This document shows positions 24,832-39,387 of a DNA stretch of 64,000 nt, one piece after another; the stretch's first letter is position 1; the number at the start of each line of letters is the position of its first letter. A program made the translations under genes and the position numbers. The stretch lies in contig OZ199840.1 of NCBI GenBank assembly GCA_964304625.1, positions 4,676,966 through 4,740,965 on the forward strand, given 5' to 3'. The stretch is from Kudoa neothunni. Taxonomy: Eukaryota > Animalia > Cnidaria. The notes beneath the pieces are model-generated. The model was not told where the DNA came from, did no database searches, and saw nothing but the letters and a program-made list of their open reading frames with translations.

Positions 24832-27800
24832 ATGGCTAGAGTGAGGGTTCGTGCTACCAAAAGGACCCATTGGACAAAGGGGGATGCCTGCGAGACAAAT
24901 CCAAAATCTCGTCTCCACAGAAACAAGGTGGATTGGAGAGAATTGGCGGAAAACAAAGGCGCATTATTGTTGCCCTCTCCAGTTGAAAACCCCTTACAAA
25001 GCATTGCAACCGAACAAAACCATCCTTTTAATTGTGCTCAGTCGACTGGAGCAATTTCGGCGTACTCAACTCAAACATTTGGAGAGGTTTTGAAGAGTTT
25101 TAAGTCCACCGATAATTTTTCACAAGAAGTATTCCACTTATTCTAATAGTAATAGTTCATTTGGAAAATATGATTTTGTTGTTTAGCTTTTGGCTGTGCT
25201 CAATTCTATTGTGAAAGTATGTGACTCGTTCACTGATTAAATGAATCCACTCACAGCGATATTTTAGATAACTGATGTTGGTGCGGACCAACCTACAGAT
25301 AGTGACTATTTTTGTTCGATTGTAATGCCTGCTGATTCATATTCTATTGTTTATTCAACCCCAGAAAATTGTTCGATCATCCACTTATTTGTAGGTGTCA
25401 TTGTTGAACCCAACACAACAAATGAAAGATGTGGTTTTAGCTCTTATGTATTTGATGGGTTTGGTGATGAGAAAGTGATTGATAATTCTTACTATATTCG
25501 AATGAAATGTGTACAAATTAGAATAATTGGTTGTGGGTTGGTGGCCAAAATAACTCCCACATTGTTGCCTCATTTGGTGTACATAATGGACAACTTGGGT
25601 GTGTACAAAGATTCGTGCAACCACGTAATTAGTTGCTATGGAAATCAATTACATGCTAAACAATAATTAGATAATCGAGTGTGTGACCACTGTGTTCAAA
25701 TGTGCCGACAAAGAAACAATAAAAAGTCAAAACGACTTAATTGAGCATTTGTACAGTAAATATTTGACATTGTTATCCCATCCAAGTGACCAGGTGAGGT
25801 TTACCGATTAATTAATTAATTTATTAATTAATTAACCGGCTTAATTTTATTATATTGAGCTTATATGAACTGTTTATTAGATTAGGTGTTTGGTGGGCCA
25901 ATCTTTGAAAACCCTTCTTCAACAATCCCATAGTCAAGACACTAGAGATTATTTCCTACATCATACAATAAGGTATGTGAAAGTATTTTTCGACACAGCT
26001 ACAAGTAACTCTTATGATTTTATGGTTTTCAAAAATTATACATATCACCTGCTAGCGTATCCTACTATGAATTCAAGCCAACAATTGGCGCCGAGCATGC
26101 TCCAATTTTTGGGGGATATTTCTTCGTCACTTCCCGACAAAGTCAGACAATGTTTGTCGGAATGTTGGGATTAATTCAAATAATTTAGAAAGTCGCGTTG
26201 CTGTTGGATATAACAATGAAATATGTCGCAGTATGCGATAAGGTGAGTTTGGCTGTTGTTCATATTATTGTTCATAAATCATAGAAAACTCGGGTTCATA
26301 TTTTAAATTGCTGGAATCAGATTTTTACAGCCTCGTCACAACTTTCGGTAAAGTATCTGCCAACTGTCGAGCAGCTTTACAAAGTATGTTATTGTTTGGG
26401 GTCTTAGCAACCGCTAATTACTTTTTGTTTCGAGTAAATTCGGAATTGGCGCTTAATACTTCTGATACGCTCTTGTCATCTGTAGATTATTTCTAGTTGT
26501 TACAAGTGTTTGCAGAGTTTGCTTTAAATTTTATATGCTAATAGGCTCAAAATAAGCGTTGCGCGATTAATTTAAGATGTGGATATTACATGTGAGATTA
26601 TTAATTTTCCAATAATAATAATAATTACATATTATCTATATGCGCGCGATTTTTATATTATGTAGAGATTAGCGCAAAAGCTCCCTTGCCCAGCTAAGTA
26701 GGCTGAAGCCATTTTAATTTTTAAGTAAACAGCGCTAATGCCCAGTTTCGCCCGGTACAGTGTGATGGAAAATTTTGACGTTTAACTTTATTTGTCTATT
26801 TTAATTTATGCATTTTATAGCTTGTCATTATTTTTGCAATGCGCTGATTTAGATAAACGAAATTATGCGCGCACTTTCCATTCAAATATAAATGTAAATA
26901 TAAATATAAATGTAAATATAAATATAAATGTAAATATAAATATAAATGTAAATATAAATATAAATGTAAATATAAATATAAATGTAAATATAAATATAAA
27001 TGTAAATGTAAATATAAATATAAATATAATGTAAATATAAATATAAATGTAAATGTAAATGTAAATATAAATATAAATGTAAATATAAATATAAATATAA
27101 TGTAAATATAAATATAAATGTAAATGTAAATGTAAATATAAATGTAAATATAAATATAAATGTAAATATAAATATAAATGTAAATGTAAATATAAATATA
27201 AATGTAAATATAAATATAAATATAAATATAAATGTAAATATAAATATAAATGTAAATATAAATATAAATGTAAATATAAATATAAATGTAAATGTAAATA
27301 TAAATATAAATATAATGTAAATATAAATATAAATGTAAATGTAAATGTAAATATAAATATAAATGTAAATATAAATATAAATATAATGTAAATATAAATA
27401 TAAATGTAAATGTAAATGTAAATATAAATGTAAATATAAATATAAATGTAAATATAAATATAAATGTAAATGTAAATATAAATATAAATGTAAATATAAA
27501 TATAAATATAAATATAAATGTAAATATAAATATAAAAAATATAAATATAAATGTAAATATAAATATAAATATAAATGTAAATATAAATAAATGTAAATAT
27601 AAATATAAATATAAATGTAAATATAAATAAATGTAAATATAAATATAAATATAAATGTAAATATAAATAAATGTAAATATAAATATAAATGTAAATATAA
27701 ATATAAATGTAAATATAAATATAAATATAAATGTAAATATAAATAAATGTAAATATAAATATAAATGTAAATATAAATATAAATGTAAATATAAATATAA

Positions 27801-30800
27801 ATGTAAATATAAATATAAATGTAAATAAATATAAATATAAATGTAAATAAATATAAATATAAATGTAAATAAATATAAATATAAATGTAAATAAATATAA
27901 ATATAAATGTAAATATAAATATAAATAAATGTAAATATAAATAAATGTAAATGTAAATATAAATATAAATAAATGTAAATATAAATATAAATATAAATGT
28001 AAATATAAATATAAATGTAAATATAAATATAAATATAAATGTAAATAAATGTAAATGTAAATATAAATATAAATAAATGTAAATGTAAATATAAATATAA
28101 ATAAATGTAAATATAAATATAAATATAATGTAAATATAAATATAAATATAAATATAAATATAAATGTAAATATAAATATAAATGTAAATATAAATATAAA
28201 TGTAAATATAATGTAAATATAAATATAAATGTAAATATAAATATAAATGTAAATATAAATGTAAATATAAATATAAATAGAGGTGTGGAGAGAAATTATT
28301 GAGGAATTTTAAGTTTATGTTACAAATTATCGAACAAAACTATGATGACCTTAATTTTATGAGCAATTTAATTAACAATTAAAGTTCAGTTATTTTCAAA
28401 ATCATACGATAAAAATTAATCCTTCTAGTTATAAAATTTATTATTAGTCTAAAAACGATAAAAAAAATAAAATCAATCTAGCTTTTTATCAAGAATACTT
28501 ACTGGTTCAAAAATATACACATTTAATTAACAAAATCCGATTAAGTCAAAAATGTAAAGGTGTTTTTGGCTGGAAAAATTACAGTAATGCTAAAATATTT
28601 AAATGTCAACTGGTTTTCTTGAGGGATGCGCCTTTTTAAAAACTAACGTACTGTTTGACTGCCCTAAAAAAATCTCTTCCTACTGAACTATTCTTAGGTT
28701 AACGAAAACTTTGTGAAAATATCGGTTAGATCGAATAGACCGATAATTTCCTATTAACTTACATGGCACGTATTGAGATTGAGAAGGGACTGTATTTTTA
28801 TGCTGCTTTTATATCATAATGAAATAACGCGAGCCTAAAGAAAACAGTATATTGATTTGAATAGTAACCTCAAGGTCTGTCTGGAGTAAGGAATAATTTG
28901 GATACATATAGAGACTCAAATAATTCCAACGTGGCAACAATTTGTTATCTCAAATTACGTGTTTTATTTAAAACAATCGTAATCTAGTTTGCCTAACTAT
29001 ATCCATAACGCTCGAAATGAGAAAATACACGCCAAATAACTTGTTTATACTTCAAATTTTAATGGGAATGCAACAACTCTTGTAAATGTGACATTAATAG
29101 TTTCATTCGTCTTAAAAGTACTCCGAACAGGCATATATAAAATTTTTAGAACATTCTATACCATAGTTAAGTATTTATTTTTCTATATAGTGAGTAAAAG
29201 TTCATTTTAAATGGCTATCAATCGGAAATAAACAAATATCAATATTATGTAGGTACTTTTTAATCTGCTATTTGTGAAGACAACCAGAAAATACCTTACT
29301 TCAGACCGTGTTATTGACTATATTTATACTTCTAAGTAAATGATCGATTTTTATTAATGATTTTATCTATTCCAATACAAACTTACAGCTATATTTAAAG
29401 AAAGTTTCTCCGTGGCATATGCGTACTGCTGCAAACTGACAGACATAAGAACTTTATTATATATAGATATAGATAGAATATAGATATTGATAGATATGGA
29501 TTACAGACGCAAACAATTATTTAATATTTAGCCAATAAGTAATTGACCATGGAAACTCTCGTGAATAATTGAAATTAATGAATTTTAATAATTGGCGATC
29601 ACCTAAAACTTTTAGTGAGAATTTACTATGTTGAGTTAATTCAACCAATTTAAACTTCTCTTAATATTTTAGAATAATCAATTTTAATAACTTATTCAAA
29701 AATAATATAAATTATACATATTTATTAATCTCCCCGAATAAATAATAAAGATTAATAGAAATTATGGCTTGATTATTGAAAATAACAACTCAGTTTAATT
29801 TTTTCATTATTTTTAGATAACTTACTTCGTATAAACTCCAATAATAAGTATATACGACAAAATATTATTTTATTTATATTTGAGCGTAATTTAAATTTTT
29901 TTAAACTCAATACATTCGCTTATTTAATAGTTTGTATCATGTAGAGTAAAATATAATTGATTGTAATTGAAAAATCCTTTTAGGTAATAAATGAATTATG
30001 GATTGAAAATGAAACAAGAAATATCGAACTTATTTCCACTAACATAGTCACAGCTGAAGTAGCTGCTAATATTGTTGCCACCATCTATAGGTATTCTGTC
30101 TGTTTTGAATGGGAAACAAAATTTAACAATTATTGTAGGTTAGACAATAATACTGGAACAATCCACGTTGGCAACTACATGGAAACCTATATACATCGAC
30201 TTATTGAACACAACACAACATCCTATAGGAAAATAATTGTTCACATTAAAGTTGTAGAATGATGATCTAGTGTATTTAACCTAGATTTGATTTCACTATA
30301 GAATGTAATCTGTTTCAATTTTATTGATAAAACCACAAACTCACAACAACTTGTTGACGCAAGAAAAACAAAATTGGAACCTACTATTCAGTAGTTTAGG
30401 ATAATTTTTAACGTATTTCTAATCGATTTAAAAGAATGTTACTAAACGCGCTGAATAATCACCAAGACAACGTTCTTTACGTCGATTTTCTGGATATACT
30501 TCAAACCTACATTCATGTAATAGTCTAATTGATAGAGATTTAATAAAATGTGTTCATTTCGTTCAGTATTTTGGTCCAAATTATGCAGCCTCTTTAAAAG
30601 ACTCGGTGGTTCCACTTTTATCTCACTACGAGAGCATAAAACAGAATGCTCCTTCAGCCACACAGTCAATACTCAAAGAAAAACTCACATCAACTCTTGG
30701 TGCATTAATCAATGTGATTGGACCTGAGGAATTTCTAACAACAATCAATCTCTCCACCTATTTAGACATGTGAATTCATCTCATGCTTTTTCAACAATAA

Positions 30801-33800
30801 CATTAATCGATGGTTGATAGATGCTGGCTTTTTCAACTGATCAAGGAAAATATGCGTCATAACGTACACATAGAATTTTTTGTGCGAAAAATTCTTCCGT
30901 TCTTGCGCCAATTATCAAACAACAATCATCTCCCAGTTAGCAACCAAAGCGTTGCTACCAAAAATCTTATTATCTTTCATGGATGGGACACGTTGAGTTC
31001 GTTTTGTTTGTATGGAGATGATATTGATGAGGTTTTTCCTTCGAAACTTATCCAAACTAATTTTTTATTGATCTTATGCTAATAGATTAAGCCAATTGCC
31101 AACACACTGGTTCATATGCTGCAAAATGATTCAACCGATATCTATTATGGAGTGGTTTTACGTTGTATACGCTACATGGTGCAAAATAAGGTGGACACAT
31201 CCAAAGATTTACCATTTTTATCCAAGAAATTTCTACCTATTCTTTTCAACATGTACACCAATGATTTGAAGCCTATTAACAATAACCAATCCCTTACAAA
31301 TTCTTCTCGCGAAATTGATCAATGTTTGCCAAGTTATTTGATGGATGGTTCTCTTTTGGAGGCTATCCGTTCGTTGTTACACGCCACCAACTACGATGTA
31401 TTTAATTTAGTCGATTGCTAGATCGTTTTTTATCTATTTTTAGTTGATTGTATCATTTTTTGATAAAGCTGTCGAGAAAGTCATACTACTTTCAGGAAGT
31501 CGGCTGTAAATTCTGATCAAATGCTACATTATTTGATAAAGATTTAGAACTCACTTGTTGGATATTATCGCCGAATTCTCATTACATATTCCCTCATCCA
31601 GAGTGGATATTCTTTTCAATGAAATCATCTTTGTGTACATGGAACAAATTCAACAACAAATGATGATTGGTGAAAAACTATTGAAAAAAATTTTACATAT
31701 CGTTGAGAACGTCACTAGAAATAGTGCCAATCATGATAACGCCTTTTTCGCCACCTACACCGATAAAATAATCAGTATCATTGATACTGCGGGTTCGATT
31801 TCCACGAATAGCTCGGCGCAATCGGCCAAATTAGGTTGTATCGATGCATATCTGGACGCTGCTTCCATAACTTCATCCCAAGCTACCACAATTAAACCTT
31901 TCATTGTTAAATATCTTCCTGAGGTAGATAGATTGGCAATATTTGATATTAATCCATATAAAAATTTTTGTATTGTTTAGGTGATTGTCTCGTTTGGAAA
32001 CGACGCCAGTGGTAAATGTAGAATTCGTGCTGCTCATGTATTGGCCAAGATCACCAACCTTCTCTCTCCAAACACATCCATAAATGGTTATTTACTTATT
32101 TATTTATTGTGCTTGATGATATTAATACTTCAATTTAGAAGTGGTGGAAATAATCACCAAATATATACTGCAAGGCTTGAGTGGGGATGCTACTCAGGAG
32201 GCCAAATTGGCTAGTTTACGTGCTCTGTTGTGTTACGTGAAGCTGTTCAAAGTTAATATAATCGATGCTCTGCAAATTCATATTTTGGAAAGTGTGCTTT
32301 CTCAGGTCAATTTCAACGATGAAAGACTTCTAATCAAACCGACGTTAAATTTTTTCAAAGTTTCTATCAAAGCATTCAATCCAAAACTCATTGAAAGATA
32401 TTTACCAACTACGTTGAATCAAATTTTTACCATGTCCATTTCATCGAGATCCAAATTTGTACGAGATATTCGAATTATATTGGAACGTTTGCTGAACAGA
32501 TTAAATTTTGACCTTGTAAACGGCGCCGTTCCTGATGAACATAAAAAGCTTTTGGCAGCTGTTGTGAAAGAAATGCGGGCCGCCAAAAGAAAACCTCAAA
32601 TATCCGAAGATAAATCATCGCAATTTAAAAACGATTCAACAGGAAAAATCATCATCGGCACTTCCCAATTCAGTGAAAATGACGATTCTGACTCCTCTTC
32701 TGATGAAGATGGCGATGATGATAATAATCAATCTGTCAGACTACCAAATACTTTCAATCGTAAAAGTAAAGATCAAATTAAAACGTCCAAACTTGCCACT
32801 TATGGTCAACAATATAGAGCAAAGGTAGTTTTTATAATTTCTTTTTCATTTGCGACGATTGGGGTTATTGATTTTCTGGTGTATTTAGAAAGCTCGAGGT
32901 GATATGAAATTGCGTGGAAAACCCGACCCCTATGCTTATATTCCTCTAAGTCTCCAAATGCTAAATAAAAGGTGCTTTTAAATTGATGTTTATTGGCTCG
33001 AATAATTTTATTTTAATGATACTTGTATCTAAATATTTATTTTGGCGTGTAAAATGAATTTATTACGTTTTGTTTATTTTTAATCATTTAATTAATAAGA
33101 ATAATAATTAATAATAATAATAATACAAAAGTATAAATAGTTATTTTGGCGCGATAAATGTATTTATTACTTTGCATTGACTTTTTAATGAGTTTTTTAA
33201 AAAATAATACAACAATCTAATCATTTGTAGTTTACTTAATAATTTTATAATAATACTCTCTTGCTTAATATTCGCTCACTCGCTTATTCTCCTCCTCTCG
33301 TACGTAACTTGATGGTATTTATTCTAGCGTATGCGCAAAGAATCAAGTTGTAAAAATAGAAAGATTAACGTCTGTTTTTATTTTGAGTAATTTTACTACT
33401 TTCATTTTAAGTCACAACTAGGGATCGCCGTTTTCGACGTTTATTTTTTAAAACTTTGACGAATAAAATTGACGTTTATTTTGGTTGGCCCAGAATGGAT
33501 GGTGCGCACACTCATAACATTAACAAAAATCGAAAAATCCCCACAAGAAACTTTTCTTATCAAATAGCGATAGCGGAAGAACGTAGAGAACAATAACCGT
33601 GTTTTTCTTAATTTTGTCATTTTTTCTATTTTCATAAAAAAAACTGGCAAAGAAGCCTCTTGAAACGCTTTTTTAACAAAATATACTTCTTTGACTTTAT
33701 TTTATTGCAAATTACATTTTTTCGTAAACATAATTTCACTGTGCAATATTTGAAGGGCTAATTAATTTTCCACCTTCTCTATGTTGATCCATTTAAGATG

Positions 33801-34298
33801 AAAACTATCAATTTCTCTCAGATTACCACCCATTTCAAATTTTTCAGGATTGTTCGCATTTTAAAAAAAAATCAACGATTAAAATCGATTTTAATCGAAA
33901 TTGCGATCCCTAATTATAGTTATAAGTAAGTTATTACTTACAAAGAAACTTGTTTCTATTTCATTCTAAAATAGTGAGATCATACACGTTTAAAAATTAA
34001 AAAAATAAGGCGGGAAATTAGATTAGGCGATATTTGGTTCTTTTATCCTAAGTTATACTTTAATAAATTTATCGATATAAATCCAAATGTATAATTTACA
34101 TAAAAAATGATTTTTCAATTTAATGAGCGTTTGATTTAAACGATTAATTTGAATATTAAAATTATTGAGCCACTAGATATTTGCATTTGTCGCGTTAATG
34201 AAGTTGAATAATTGTGACATTTTTATAGGAAAGCTGCCAAAATGAAAGGAAAATTCAACAACATAGTTAAGGCCGTAAACAAAAACAATAGATATTAA
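24832..34298 (+). CDS. RRP12: RRP12-like HEAT-repeat ribosome biogenesis factor (NUC173), multi-exon with about 3.5-kb and 1.26-kb introns
   Basis: N-terminus [18 protein letters not shown]. Central [39 protein letters not shown]-terminus [28 protein letters not shown]. Final exon 34229-34298 [17 protein letters not shown]. Confidence 0.92.
26728..29502 (-). mobile_element. Non-autonomous Helitron-like element carrying a satellite array, inside an RRP12 intron
   Basis: Left end aacagcgctaatgcccagtttcgcccggt. Right end catatgcgtact...gacagacata...ttattatatatagat. Both ends resemble those of 61358-62150. Confidence 0.55.
26885..28278. repeat. About 1.4-kb hexamer satellite (ATATAA/ATGTAA)n with higher-order structure
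   Basis: Seen directly. It explains the spurious NININV ORF at 26792-27034. Confidence 0.98.
33419..33912. mobile_element. MITE (about 494 bp) with TAGGGATCGC TIRs, hAT-like, in the last RRP12 intron
   Basis: tagggatcgccgttttcga at 33419 and tcgaaattgcgatcccta ending at 33912. No clean 8-bp TSD. Confidence 0.6.
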
Positions 34299-34386
34299 TT
34301 ATCAACTATATAAATAATTTAGTTGTAGAAATTGTTGAATTTTTATGTGCGCAATAAAAACAACTAATTTCAATGAATTTAGAGAG

Positions 34387-37002
34387 TCAAATAATTGGAT
34401 TTGATAAATTGCGGTCGTTTATGAGAATAGGTCTTTTTGAATTTATATTTATGAGGTCAGTAATGCTGGTGGTAGCAGCAATAATGGGGTTAGTAAGGTG
34501 TAGGTTGAACAATGAAGATGCTAACGGATTTCCTTCTATGTCAAGTGCTAACGGTTCCTCAGTGATTCTATCTGTGAGAGGCTTAATACTGTCTAGGTTC
34601 TTAATCACTAAATAAAAATTACCAACACAATTCACCATCTAGAAATGAATACTATTGTAGTTGACGCTTATTTTGTGTATAAGAGGACATCCACTTAAGA
34701 ATTCTAACGAATAAATTGAGCAATTGTTCGCTATGAACACTTTGAGGTTGGGGAGAAGTTTTGTGTTGCCACCAGTAGAACACCAACTAAGATGTTTATT
34801 TCTGGACACGTCCAGCATGGTCACATGTTGAAATAGACTATTACTGGTGAAATCAAGTGTAGAAAATTTTCCGTTTGACAAATCGAGGTGTAGATCACGT
34901 AACTTAATAACAAGTAAGATAAATGACTTAATGATCATTTTAAAAGAAATATATACACCAGTTTTGGCTAGTTTGAAAAATTTATAATCTACAGTAGCTT
35001 TCAAATCTAAAACAAAGTTGATTTATCCGCTTAAATTAAAGTAGGAGGTGAGAAATACATAAAGCGCGATAATAGCCCTTTCTAGTGTGATCTTTTTGGG
35101 AGAGCGTATCCAAATAGTTGGTAATTCGCTCGTAACCTTCCTCTATGCTCAACGACCATTCCAAGTCAACCAAAAACTTCAAAAGATCTAAAAATTTGTA
35201 GTGTTTGTCAATTTGAATAAAATAACACACGTGTGTTCGAAGATTCTTCTTCATATAAATCGAGCATATTGTTATAGAAATTCTCGCAGATAGAGCGTTT
35301 CATTTTGAAGGGTCTATAAGTGAACGTAAATATGGGTTAGATTAATCCAATAAAAATCTACCCAAAATTATAATTGTCTAGATTATTCACAAAAGAGTAT
35401 TTTTCTGCAACTAATAATAAATTTTAGTTGAATATTGCAGAAATATTAATAAAAAAATATTTACTGTCAAAAATAAATTTATGATTTGCGCCAAAATTAC
35501 ACACTATATTGACCAAGTTGGTTACAAAATCGTAAATGGTGATTTTGGTTCTCTAACAATATAAACAAATTCCAAACTTCATCTTTATAATATATAAGAA
35601 TACCCAGGAATTTGAAGCTTCACCTTCTAGATTATTGATCCAAGCGTCGTGCACAATATAGGAAAAGTCCTCATCATCTAATGATGATGATCTACCATCA
35701 ATCCTGGATTTTGAAGTTTTGTTCAAACTCTCAAGATTCATCTCCAAATGAGACGGAAACTAAATTTCGACATTAATCATGAGCCAATTTTGAATTTAAA
35801 ATTTTGTAGTAAATATTTTGAATTCTTAGCTTATAAAATACTTCATTAACAAATTCTGATAAGGTGACATTGAGATCGAATGAAACCATTTTTTTAGTGG
35901 TTTCTTCGATCGTTGGAAGTTCAATCTTTTCGTAATTGTCGTAGGCCTCTTCCTCGGTGTCTTCTATGGGGATGTTCTCGTCAAAAAATGCAACTTCAGT
36001 GCTTCTTCTCAACGAGAGAAATATAGGATAGGAGGTGGCGGGTTCATTTGGTCGTACTAATCAAATAAATTCTCCTACCAGTTTATCGTACAGGTAAAAG
36101 CAATACCATTGGAAAATATCCAAGAACAATACAACCAAACGCTCGAATCACTGGAGTCAGTAAAAATGGCATTGGTGATAAGACTGATTTCATGATTTAA
36201 CAGTTTTTGTTGTTGATCCAAATCGCTTGAAAGTTGTCGGTAATGCTGGATAAAAACAAGTGAACGATGATGCCATGCTGAAAAGTTGCTCAAATTATCG
36301 GCAATCATATTTTCGGTAATGGCCAATTCGTTAACACTTGGAAAGTTGGGCAGTTTTTTCAACAGAAATCGACGATAATTCCAGCAATGAACTTTATCCA
36401 ATGAAACTATTAGAATATGAAACTATTCTAATTACAATTCCTATCATCCACATTCAAATATTGTTTTGTCAATTCAAGTTGGTATTCGATATCAGGATTG
36501 TACATTAGACTGATAATGTATTTCAGCTGAAACCAACAACTGTACGATTTGGGTTCTTTTTTCAAACAATCCTGCACCACAAATTCCAATTCTTCTTTAC
36601 ACAATTTGTCAAATTGATCTCGGTGGTCTTCAACACTTGACATAAAATTATATTAGGAATTATATATATAATTATTATATTATTTTTACAGATCCTTCCT
36701 CAAAGAATTAAATACGTCCTTTCTTCGATTCCATAAATGGGTCAATTCTGGATGCACGCTCAATGCCTTTTTGGTCAACTTTAACAATTGATCGTGATCT
36801 GTAGGTTGGATTTCATCCTAAAAAAAATTTATTTATGAAAAATTAATTAAAAATACTAATTGGCTCATTAACTCAGAATAGAGAGTTAATCTTGTGGTTA
36901 ACTTTTCATTGCGTTGTTTCACCTGTTCTTCGCTTAAAATAACTTTCTTTCTTCCGTGCTATTTTTTTAAATTAATAGGAACAGTATATGCTTTAAAACC
37001 AT
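34387..37002 (-). CDS. RABGGTA: Rab geranylgeranyltransferase alpha subunit (PPTA repeats plus C-terminal LRR), multi-exon
   Basis: Spliced start M|HGRKKV. PPTA repeats KKEPKSYSCWFQ, VDDRN/HCWNYRR, DNLSNFSAWHHRS, AIFTDSSDSSVWLY. LDTLSQKDHTRKGYY precedes LRRs (LDLSNG, LDVSRN, LDIEGNPL). Confidence 0.93.
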
Positions 37003-37895
37003 TTATAATCAATTTGCACTGTCCAATTAAGCCAAAACACTTTACAAACTGAATTATGAGTATTATTTTTATTCGAGTGCGCTTGCGTGAACATCAACAT
37101 CATCAATAATCCTTTCTCGTAACATATATTGTTTATTTTTTGAATAATCTCCATAATAATAAAGAATTTTTCATTTAAATTCGGTGATAATAAATTTTAA
37201 TCATTTGACCTATGATACTGAGTAAAAATTCGAAATGATCATTGAATATTGAATAAACGTGGATCGAAAAACGCATATACTTCTTTAATTAATATATTGA
37301 CTTATTATAAAACAATTTGTGTTACTTTTTATTGAAGGGAGTATTTTATCGCTCATATATATCACTTATTTGAGGTATTAAGAAATGTATTTATTTCGGC
37401 TGAATATGTAAAATAAAATTATGTGTAGTATTTTTAAAATGCGCTTATATTTAAAAAATAATTTCATAACAACATGTAAAATTATATTAAAAAATAAATG
37501 TTAAACTTATTCGCAATAAATATAAGGTTTATAATAATTATAAATTGGGGGAACTTACTTTCTCGTAATTTCTAAGATAATACTATTCTTCGTATGCTAT
37601 AAATATATCTTAGTAGCTAAAGAGCTATTTTTTAATAATTTAATTTTTGATTTTATTTATTTAATTAATTAATAATTATATAGCTACAATATATGACAAA
37701 TTTGGTAATAAAGTTTGTTATGTTTCTTAAGTGCACTCACCCAACTACAGAATAACACACGCGGCCCGACTGGGTCCAATAAACTAATAATACTAAGGGG
37801 TTTTTTAGCGTGGCGGATAGGCCGCCAATAATACGCAGTTATGGCTAGTCCTTAATAAAGTTCGTGGTCATTCATGATCAAGTAGCAAATAGCAA

Positions 37896-37926
37896 GTAGC
37901 TGTAGCTGTAGCTGTAGCTGTAGCTG
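37896..37926. repeat. (GTAGCT)n microsatellite
   Basis: gtagctgtagctgtagctgtagctgtagctg seen directly. Confidence 0.85.
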
Positions 37927-37946
37927 AATTGGTTTGTATACGTCAC

Positions 37947-39100
37947 CAGTGGTTTTCAAAATTTTTGGAATCATGTATCCCTGAAAAGCTCAAATTTACT
38001 TGCTGATTCCCATATACAGTCAACTTTGTACTTTGATCGTACTCAATTCTAGAAGTGTGCTCGAACTCAGATTTTTTCCTAATCAAAATAGTGATAATTA
38101 GTTTAATCCATTACCGCACATCCAATGACTATTTTTATTTTTACTTACGAAACAACATACATACCTTGGGTTTATACGAAATAAAAATGAAATATAGGAT
38201 AATATTTTTTGATTGTCATTCGATAGATTATAAAGGGTTCTCTCTCGATGACGTTCGCACAATTTGATTGAGCGAATCTTCTCCTAAATTTTCTTTTCTT
38301 CTCTGTTTTATGCTCCAACTGGATTTGTTCTGAGTATCCTTTCTATATGTATTAGAACTCAAAGGTGTTTCTGACCCAAATTTTCGGCCTAACTCCCATG
38401 TTGCACTGTACATTAAAAATATTAAGGGAATTGTCAAAAATATATTTTTCAAAATTTATTGTTCACGTAAAAGATGACGAATTAACGTGATATTTGCATT
38501 TGATTACATTTGTACGGAGCCGGAAAGAATTTCTAGTTTCGGGGACAATTGTTTAAATGTTAATAATCTTTCTCTTTTCTTACTTATGATTTTAGGCATG
38601 GATTAGATTTTAAATTTTCATAGTTGCGATGTTGAAACTGCAGGGAACACGAAGAGTCTTATTTGAAATCGATGGGAATTCTATCACAGTCAAATCCAAA
38701 GAGAGTCTAGATTAAAATCAATGTGTTTCATTCTCAATAAGCCGTATAAAAATAAATAGCTGTGATTTTACATATGAATAGCAAAAATTTGGCGGTTCTC
38801 ATTTTTAACATGATACTTTTTTCGATATCAAGTAACGTCTCAATAGTTCGTCTATTTGTTGTTTTGTCAGATAAAGTGACATTTTTAAATATTGTAGCAG
38901 AAGTATCTCCAAAAATATTCTTGTAATCACAACGTATGCTGGTAATATCAATAATTCAATGATTGTATTGCGGCTTCATCTGTTCGGCTACAATTTCTGT
39001 CTCAGCTTAGCTTTCTTTGTTTTATTTATCGTTAATGTTGACCTTACTTAAAAATATAGCAGTTTGCTTTAAAGTGGACTCATTTAGTTTATCGAAATTA
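37947..39100 (-). mobile_element. Decayed hAT (Charlie/Buster, ZBED5/SCAND3-like) transposon
   Basis: Terminus cagtggttttcaaa at 37947. The minus strand at about 38790-38920 reads IFGDTSATIFKNVTLSDKTTNRRTIETLLDIEK, like the Buster LSxxTVxRRI segment. Many stops; right boundary approximate. Confidence 0.6.
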
Positions 39101-39387
39101 TTAATTATATTATAAAAATTAAGTTATATCAATATCAGATGACGATTCAAATCTAAAGACAGGTTTGAACTATTCGATAACGTCATATCACAAACTAAAC
39201 ATAATGGTGAGGAATAATTCTTATCATTGGTGATAGTAAACACAAAAGCTACGTAATCTAAATCGAATAGCTAGGATTTCTGTTTTAATAACTTTTTCCA
39301 AATTTTCTACCTTTACATCCATTAGTATTATGCGATACCAAAACTGTAAAAAATCAATCTACCTATATATATATATATATATATATA

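Noticed and set aside
26792-27034. ORF with NININV repeats
   Set aside because: It is a translation of the intronic hexamer satellite, with no splice or codon support.
26885-28278. Satellite as CRISPR array or telomere
   Set aside because: There are no unique spacers or cas genes, the context is eukaryotic, and the unit is not a G-rich telomeric repeat.
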